From Spirochaetia bacterium (lineage in GTDB: Bacteria > Spirochaetota > Spirochaetia > SP-2023): a stretch of DNA of 64,000 bases. Positions 58,238-64,000 of the stretch are shown one piece after another. The notes under the pieces are model-generated. The model saw only the letters and a program-made list of their open reading frames with translations, was not told the DNA's origin and did no database searches. The position numbers and the translations under genes are program-made. The stretch is taken from assembly GCA_965225855.1 (NCBI GenBank), contig CBDDCK010000005.1, positions 1,824,001-1,888,000 of the forward strand, written 5' to 3'. The first letter of the stretch is position 1, and the number at the start of each line of letters is the position of its first letter.

Positions 58238-59365
58238 TTAGTAAGTGTAGTTTTCTAAGCGGGACTGTGCTAGTAGCTGGTGGTAGCCATCGGCATTTTC
58301 CGGCAGGGTAGCTACTAGCGCAGGGTATTGTTGGCGCAGTTTCTCCAGCAAGGCTTCTGCTTGATCTTGTTGCTGTATATTGGCCTGCGCATTGTCTTTA
58401 CTGTGTTTGCGGTGGCGCAATAATTGGGCTAGCACTACCACTTGGCCTAAAAATTGGCGCAATTCTTCTGAAGCAGCCACATCAAGTAAACGCTCTAGCA
58501 GCAAGGCAAAGCTGTCTATGCGCAGTTGTTTATGCTGGTAGTCATACCAACGGTAGTCGCGCAGCTCATCCAGCATAATTTCGTAAGCGGGGAAATAGTA
58601 AATTTGGCCTTGAGAGCGCAGGCGGTGACTAGCACTCAATAACTGGGCCTTACTTAGAGAATTGTCTAGCGCAGGTAGGGGGCTGTGGCGTATAGGGGAT
58701 ACACTGTAGACGACTTGGGTTTGTGGCTGCCATTCTCTGAGTAGGGTATGGATTGCACTCAAGGCTTGGTCTATTTGTGATTGGCTTAGCAATTTTTTTT
58801 GCAAAACTGCATTGGGCCCGTTTGTCGGCAGGCGATGGCCGTTGCTCCAGTAGCAATTTTGCCTCGGGCTGTAAAAACTAAATGAGCTGCCCAAGGTGAT
58901 GATCATTACCGCACTCTCATTCAAATATTGGCTATCCAGTAGGCATTGCTGCCAAAGTTGCTTTTGCAATTGGGCCTTGCTTGGGGCTTCCATAAAGCCG
59001 CTTGTGTATGGGTGCAAATAGCGTTGGCTTGTGCTTTGTGGCTTATTTTCGATTGGGCAGGACCGGCTAGCAAAAATTAAATTTTCCACCTGTTTGTAAA
59101 AATTCTCTTGCGGTGTTGTGGCCGCTAGTCGGCACAGTTTGAGCCAGCGCAGTATGGCTTCTGGCGTGTAGAGCGCACCCCCTGCGCCAAAGTGTACTGG
59201 CAACAAATGTTGCTGCAAGGCTTTGGCACTGCGCTGGGCAAAGCAAGAGCCAAGGCAAAACCAGCTATCGCTTGGTTGCACCATACGAGCAGGCCATGCT
59301 CCAGGCAGGATTTCTGGGCCTTGCCAGCTGCTTTTGGGGTAGATTAGGGGTAGGCGAGCACTCAT
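58238..59365 (-). CDS. GSCFA-domain (SGNH-like) protein
   Basis: LGSCFA, ITLGS, SVSPIRH, NSLSKA, YFPAYEIMLDELRDYRWY. Confidence 0.88.
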   Translation of the reverse strand: MSARLPLIYPKSSWQGPEILPGAWPARMVQPSDSWFCLGSCFAQRSAKALQQHLLPVHFGAGGALYTPEAILRWLKLCRLAATTPQENFYKQVENLIFASRSCPIENKPQSTSQRYLHPYTSGFMEAPSKAQLQKQLWQQCLLDSQYLNESAVMIITLGSSFSFYSPRQNCYWSNGHRLPTNGPNAVLQKKLLSQSQIDQALSAIHTLLREWQPQTQVVYSVSPIRHSPLPALDNSLSKAQLLSASHRLRSQGQIYYFPAYEIMLDELRDYRWYDYQHKQLRIDSFALLLERLLDVAASEELRQFLGQVVVLAQLLRHRKHSKDNAQANIQQQDQAEALLEKLRQQYPALVATLPENADGYHQLLAQSRLENYTY

Positions 59366-59515
59366 CAAGCCGTATTGTAATATTTTTGCAATCAAATACA
59401 AGATGCTAGGCAACCAGGTTGCCTCATAATATAACCTTGGCAATGGTTTAGGGCAAGCTTGCTAATGGTTGACTGCCAGTAAGCTAAGTTTTGATTAGCC
59501 ACTTAGGTTTTGCCG

Positions 59516-59680
59516 ATTGCAGCCTTGATAAAAATTAATTGCCAAGGCTACAAATAAAATTGCAGCCTTGATAAAATTAATTGCCAAGGCTATAAATAAA
59601 ATTGCAGCCTTGATAAAATTAATTGCCAAGGCTATAAATAAAATTGCAGCCTTGGTAAAAATTAATTATCAAGCTTGCAA
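59516..59680. repeat. Tandem array of ~4 family C hairpin units (43, 42, 42 bp plus a partial unit)
   Basis: attgcagccttgataaaattaattgccaaggctataaataaa repeated from 59516, 59559, 59601 and 59643. Confidence 0.92.
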
Positions 59681-60036
59681 TTTGCCCATTATTGCCTTGA
59701 GTTTTGCCTAAACCTTAGCTTAGTTCTACCCCAAATAAAGTTGCTATTAGCTATTTTGCTGTGCTGTAGTTACTATCGTTGTTGGTAAAGGCTTTTTTGT
59801 GGTTTCATGTTATGCAAAATTCAGCTTATTAAGCAAAATTTTGCAAATAAACACCAAAAACTATTGCCTTTATTGGCTTGAATAATTACATTTGCCTATA
59901 ATCTTCCATACCTAAAGGCAGTTCGGTTGTGCTGTATGCTGGGCTTTTATGGTGCTTTTGCCTTTAGGTATGGTTGTTTTTATTTTTATTTTGTAGTACA
60001 CTTTGTTCGTGCACAAGAGTTTTACAAGGAATTGCT

Positions 60037-60990
60037 ATGATTGAAATAAAAAATTTGTACAAGAACTATGGTGGCTTGCAAGCGGTACAAGGGATTTCTT
60101 TAAGCGTGCCCAAAGGTCAAGTATTAGGGCTGCTGGGCCCCAATGGAGCAGGCAAATCCACCACTTTGCGGATTTTGACGGGTTTTTTGGAGGCGAGTGC
60201 GGGGCAAGTAACGGTAGGGGGTTATTCGGTTCGTGAGCAGTCTTTGGCCACGCGCAAGTTAATTGGCTACCTTCCTGAATCGACTCCTCTTTATGAAAAT
60301 ATGCTGGTCTACGATTATTTAGACTTTGTCGGCCAGTCGCGAGGCATTGCCAAGGTTGAATGTACGGCAAAAATCTGCGATGTGGCAAGGCAGTGTGATA
60401 TTTTGGAGTTTATCCACCGCCCGATTGGTCAGCTTTCTAAAGGCCAACGCCAGCGCGTGGGGTTGGCCATGGCTATTTTAGATGACCCAGAGGTCTTGGT
60501 GTTAGATGAGCCTACCAGTGGTCTAGACCCCAACCAGATTATTGGTATCCGCGATATTATCCGTGAATTGGGTAAGAAAAAGACGGTGATCTTTTCCACA
60601 CATATTCTTAGTGAGGCCGAAGCCACTTGCGATCGAGTGGTGATTATCAGTAAGGGGCAAGTGGTTGCCGATGGCAGTATTGCCGAATTAAAGAAAGGTG
60701 GCCAGTCCAGCCTAAGTTTGCGTTTGGAAGGCAATGATAGCGATGCTGTTGCCAAAGCCTTTAGCAGCTTTGGCCCAGAGCTTTTGGGCGATGGTGGCCA
60801 AGTGGATTGTGAGCTGCAACAAGGTAAGGAAATGGCTGAAGTGCTGGTTGTTTTACACGGCGAAAAAAGCGGTAGCAACGAAGTATGGCAGCAAATTAAA
60901 GAAATTAGCCGCTACCATGATTGGATAATACTCGGTCGAGAACAAAAAGACCATAGCCTAGAAGATATTTTTCGCGAGTTGACGAATTAG
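60037..60990 (+). CDS. ABC-2 transporter ATP-binding protein (GldA-like)
   Basis: GPNGAGKST, LSKGQRQR, LDEPTSGLDP. Confidence 0.93.
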   Translation: MIEIKNLYKNYGGLQAVQGISLSVPKGQVLGLLGPNGAGKSTTLRILTGFLEASAGQVTVGGYSVREQSLATRKLIGYLPESTPLYENMLVYDYLDFVGQSRGIAKVECTAKICDVARQCDILEFIHRPIGQLSKGQRQRVGLAMAILDDPEVLVLDEPTSGLDPNQIIGIRDIIRELGKKKTVIFSTHILSEAEATCDRVVIISKGQVVADGSIAELKKGGQSSLSLRLEGNDSDAVAKAFSSFGPELLGDGGQVDCELQQGKEMAEVLVVLHGEKSGSNEVWQQIKEISRYHDWIILGREQKDHSLEDIFRELTN

Positions 60991-61102
60991 CTTGAGCTAG
61001 GCTTGCGATTTTATTTAAAGCCGGTTTCTCTTTGGTTGAAAGGTTAGACTTTGGTTCAATTATATTATATATACAAACAAAATCAGTAAAGGGAATTTTT
61101 TT

Positions 61103-61861
61103 ATGAGTGATGCAAATAACAGTATGCAGACTTGGCCTTCATTGCCGTCTAGGCAGCGAGTTTTCGCTGTAATCTGTAAAGAGTGCCAAGAGCTGTTTTA
61201 TTCACCTGTGGCCTACATTGTGATTGTTATTTATCTAGTGATCACCGGTGTTTTTATCTTTTTTATCAATAACTTCTTTATTTATGGTATTCTTAGTTTA
61301 AGCAGTTATTTTACCATTACACCTTATATATTGGCCTTTTCCATTTCGGCTTTGACGATGCGCTTGCTTTCAGAAGAGCGGCGCAGCGGTGCGATTGAGA
61401 TTCTCTCTACTCTGCCGATTTCGGCTATCGAGGTGGTTTTGGGCAAATTCCTATCTTCATGGTTGTTTTCTGGCTTGTTACTTTTGTTTACCTTGGGTTA
61501 CCCTTTGACGTTTAGCTCTTTAGGTAGCATGGATTTTGGTGCGGGAGTTGCGGGTTATATCGGCCAAATTTTGCTTTGCGGTGCTTTTGTGGCTGTTGGT
61601 TTGTTTGCTTCTTCTATCAGCAAAAATCCGATTAGTTCTTTTTTTGTGGCTTTTATGGTGATGTTTGTGCTGCTGTTTTTGGATTTTATTTTGCAGGGTA
61701 TGCCCGGGCAAGTCTCTTTGTTTTTACGCAACCTAAGTGCTGGTTACCATTTACGAAATTTTAGCAACGGTATTGTCGACTTGCGCGATATTTTTTATTT
61801 CTTCTCGATTATGTTGTTGGGTGTATATGGCTCTTGGTTAAAGCTGCAAAGCCTGCGTTAA
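61103..61861 (+). CDS. ABC-2 permease (GldF-like)
   Basis: SPVAY, TMRLLSEERRSGAIE.L.TLP, VLGKF. Confidence 0.9.
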   Translation: MSDANNSMQTWPSLPSRQRVFAVICKECQELFYSPVAYIVIVIYLVITGVFIFFINNFFIYGILSLSSYFTITPYILAFSISALTMRLLSEERRSGAIEILSTLPISAIEVVLGKFLSSWLFSGLLLLFTLGYPLTFSSLGSMDFGAGVAGYIGQILLCGAFVAVGLFASSISKNPISSFFVAFMVMFVLLFLDFILQGMPGQVSLFLRNLSAGYHLRNFSNGIVDLRDIFYFFSIMLLGVYGSWLKLQSLR

Positions 61862-61897
61862 AAATTATCTATACAAATACGAAAAGGAATTTATTTT

Positions 61898-64000
61898 ATG
61901 AACCTTACGCTTAAAATTAGCCGTAGTGGCTACCAAGGTATCCGTTTCGGCCTTTATATTTTGCTTGTGCTTTTGCTAAACGCTGCTATATCCTACTTTC
62001 CACTTCGTGTCGATCTTACGAAGCAGCAAACCTACAGCCTAGCTACAGCCTCAAAAGATACCGTTGCCCAGCTGGAAGAACCAGTTACCATTCGCGTATA
62101 CCTCTCTAGTAACTTGCCATCGCACTACAATATTCTTTCTTCGCTGCTGCGCGATTTGATGCAAACCTATAAGGGTAGTGCCAAAAGTGGCATGTTTAGT
62201 TATTCGGTGAACCTGATTCGCAGCGATGATAAAAGTGAGAAAACTCAAAAATTGCAGTCGGAAGCGCAAAATTACGGCATTTATCCCGTGCAGTTGCAAG
62301 GCTCTGATGGCAATGAATTTAAAGCGGTGTCGGCCTATATAGGCATGGCTATTTCTCAAGGAGAAAATCTGGAAGTGCTTTCTCCACTACAGCCTAGCGA
62401 TAATATCCAATATAAGATTACGGCGGCCCTGCAAAAGATTTCGCGCAAAGGTAGTGCTTTGCTTTCGATGAATGAGAATTTGAAAATTTATTATTATTTT
62501 TCCTCTTTGCTTTCGCAATTGAATGATGGCAAATATGCCCAATTCCCCAGTAATTTTGAAGAGGTTATGAAATCGACAGCAGAGCAGCTTTATGGGCGTG
62601 TCGATAGCCAAGTTATTGACCCTGACAAATTGCCACCCGGTTTGCCCAACCCTGGCGAGTTGGACTTGCCTGATACAAAAATTGATATTGCCGATGGCCA
62701 GAGCCAAAAAGTCTACAGTGCGATTGTCATTGATAATGGGGGCCGTTATGAAGCGCACTCTTTGTTGCAGTTGCAGCCTTCTTTTGAACTGGGGCCAGAT
62801 GGTTTAAAGCAAACTAATTCTGTGAATGTGATAGACCCTCTTCGTTTGGAGGGCCAGTTGGCTGAAGTTGCTATTGGCAGTTTAGGTATTGCCCAAAATG
62901 TTGGCTATATTGCCGACCGAGAAACAGCTAGCTTTAATCCACCCAATCCGCAGGTACCCAGCCAAGGGGCCAATCTCTATGTATTTTCTCAAGAAGTGCG
63001 GGATTTGTACAATTTTCAGCCCGTCAATCTTGATGAAGGAATTGGGAAAGATGTCAATATCTTATTGTTAGTTGATCCTAGAAAGCAGCTTAGCGATTGG
63101 GATCTGTACCAAATTGATCAGTTTGTCATGCGCGGTGGCCGTTTGGTAGTTGCGATGGAACCGTACCAAGTGATGCGTAGCCCTTATGGTTACGGGGCCC
63201 AGTTTATTCCCAATCCCAATTTAGAAGGGATTAAGAGCAATGGTGAGAAAAAAGAGCAATACACTTTGATCAATTTGCTTGCGCATTATGGAATTGAATA
63301 TCAAAAAGCGATGGTTTTTGATACCAAAAGTTTTGTCAACCGTGGTCAAAACGCTCAAACGGGTGGCTACCAAGAAACTAAGGTTTATTACATTCCCGAA
63401 ATTGATGCAGAGAAAAGTTCAGATTTAGCTTTTGTCAAAAACCTAAAGAAATTTTTCTTTTACAATTCGGCAGCTTTAAAAGCAGTCGATGATAATAGCA
63501 TCGTTTTGGTGAAGAGCAGCCCGCAGTCTTGGACAGAAGATATGAGCGATGGCAATAAAGACCCAAACAATATTGTGCCGGCTCCTGTGGATAAGCAAAG
63601 TGAGCAATATTTGGTTATGTCTTCGCAAGGTGTACTTAGTAGCTTTTTTAAGGGTAAAAAGCTACCCGCAAAACCCAAGAAAGAAAAAGAAGGCGAGGAA
63701 AATGAAGCCAAAAATGCGCAAGAGGAGCTTAGTTTTGCTAGTGTTCAAGATTCTTTTATAGAACAAAGTGAGAATAGCCATGTATTGGTCAGCGGAACTT
63801 CATTGATTTTTGACAAACAACTTTTGAGTGTACCAACTAATAAAGCTCTGGCATTAAATTTGTTGGACTATATGGCAGGCAATATTGAGATGGCCAATTT
63901 GCGGGCCCGCAGTGGAACACCAAATTTTATTGATGAGAGTGTGGGTAACGCCCAGAAAAATATCATCAAGTGGTTTAATACTTTAGGGTTGCCTTTTACG
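61898..64000 (+). CDS. GldG-like ABC auxiliary protein (3' end runs off the window)
   Basis: Hand translation from ATG 61898: ...RVDLTKQQTYSLATASKDTVAQLEEPVTIRVYLSSNLP...YQIDQFVMRGG; not in the ORF track. Confidence 0.85.
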   Translation, partial: MNLTLKISRSGYQGIRFGLYILLVLLLNAAISYFPLRVDLTKQQTYSLATASKDTVAQLEEPVTIRVYLSSNLPSHYNILSSLLRDLMQTYKGSAKSGMFSYSVNLIRSDDKSEKTQKLQSEAQNYGIYPVQLQGSDGNEFKAVSAYIGMAISQGENLEVLSPLQPSDNIQYKITAALQKISRKGSALLSMNENLKIYYYFSSLLSQLNDGKYAQFPSNFEEVMKSTAEQLYGRVDSQVIDPDKLPPGLPNPGELDLPDTKIDIADGQSQKVYSAIVIDNGGRYEAHSLLQLQPSFELGPDGLKQTNSVNVIDPLRLEGQLAEVAIGSLGIAQNVGYIADRETASFNPPNPQVPSQGANLYVFSQEVRDLYNFQPVNLDEGIGKDVNILLLVDPRKQLSDWDLYQIDQFVMRGGRLVVAMEPYQVMRSPYGYGAQFIPNPNLEGIKSNGEKKEQYTLINLLAHYGIEYQKAMVFDTKSFVNRGQNAQTGGYQETKVYYIPEIDAEKSSDLAFVKNLKKFFFYNSAALKAVDDNSIVLVKSSPQSWTEDMSDGNKDPNNIVPAPVDKQSEQYLVMSSQGVLSSFFKGKKLPAKPKKEKEGEENEAKNAQEELSFASVQDSFIEQSENSHVLVSGTSLIFDKQLLSVPTNKALALNLLDYMAGNIEMANLRARSGTPNFIDESVGNAQKNIIKWFNTLGLPFT

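Noticed and set aside
59516..59680. CRISPR array
   Set aside because: Units are contiguous and near-identical with no unique spacers, and there are no cas genes in the window.
62051..63761. Short ORF-track calls near the window end
   Set aside because: They are shadows of the GldG-like frame starting at 61898.

Overview
This is a 64-kb chromosomal segment of an AT-rich bacterium, most likely a spirochaete (inferred from spirochaete-style lipoboxes and the infC-rpmI-rplT-zapB-zapA-6S order). Most of it is housekeeping or metabolic: rny, rbgA, glyA, bioF/bioH, tRNA-Leu, 6S RNA, cysD/cysN, kamA, rlmB, a 4-subunit 2-oxoacid:ferredoxin oxidoreductase, manA, ffh, sufS/sufU, pepA and a Gld-like ABC transporter. 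Three accessory features stand out. (1) At 19.5-33 kb, three paralogous repeat-domain lipoprotein genes lie in alternating orientation (+, -, + truncated). They have mosaic coding and upstream modules and poly-C tracts in their putative promoter spacers, and they sit among shredded restriction-modification relics; this is a candidate recombination/phase-variation system. (2) A ~5.3-kb insert carrying a DUF4011-like SF1 helicase-nuclease is bracketed by a duplicated 3' end of a histidine-phosphatase pseudogene. (3) At least two families of dispersed palindromic elements are present, one of which brackets a two-gene cassette with an attenuator-like leader. No integrase, recombinase, intact transposase, reverse transcriptase or CRISPR array was seen. 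All family assignments come from motif recognition by eye, not database searches.
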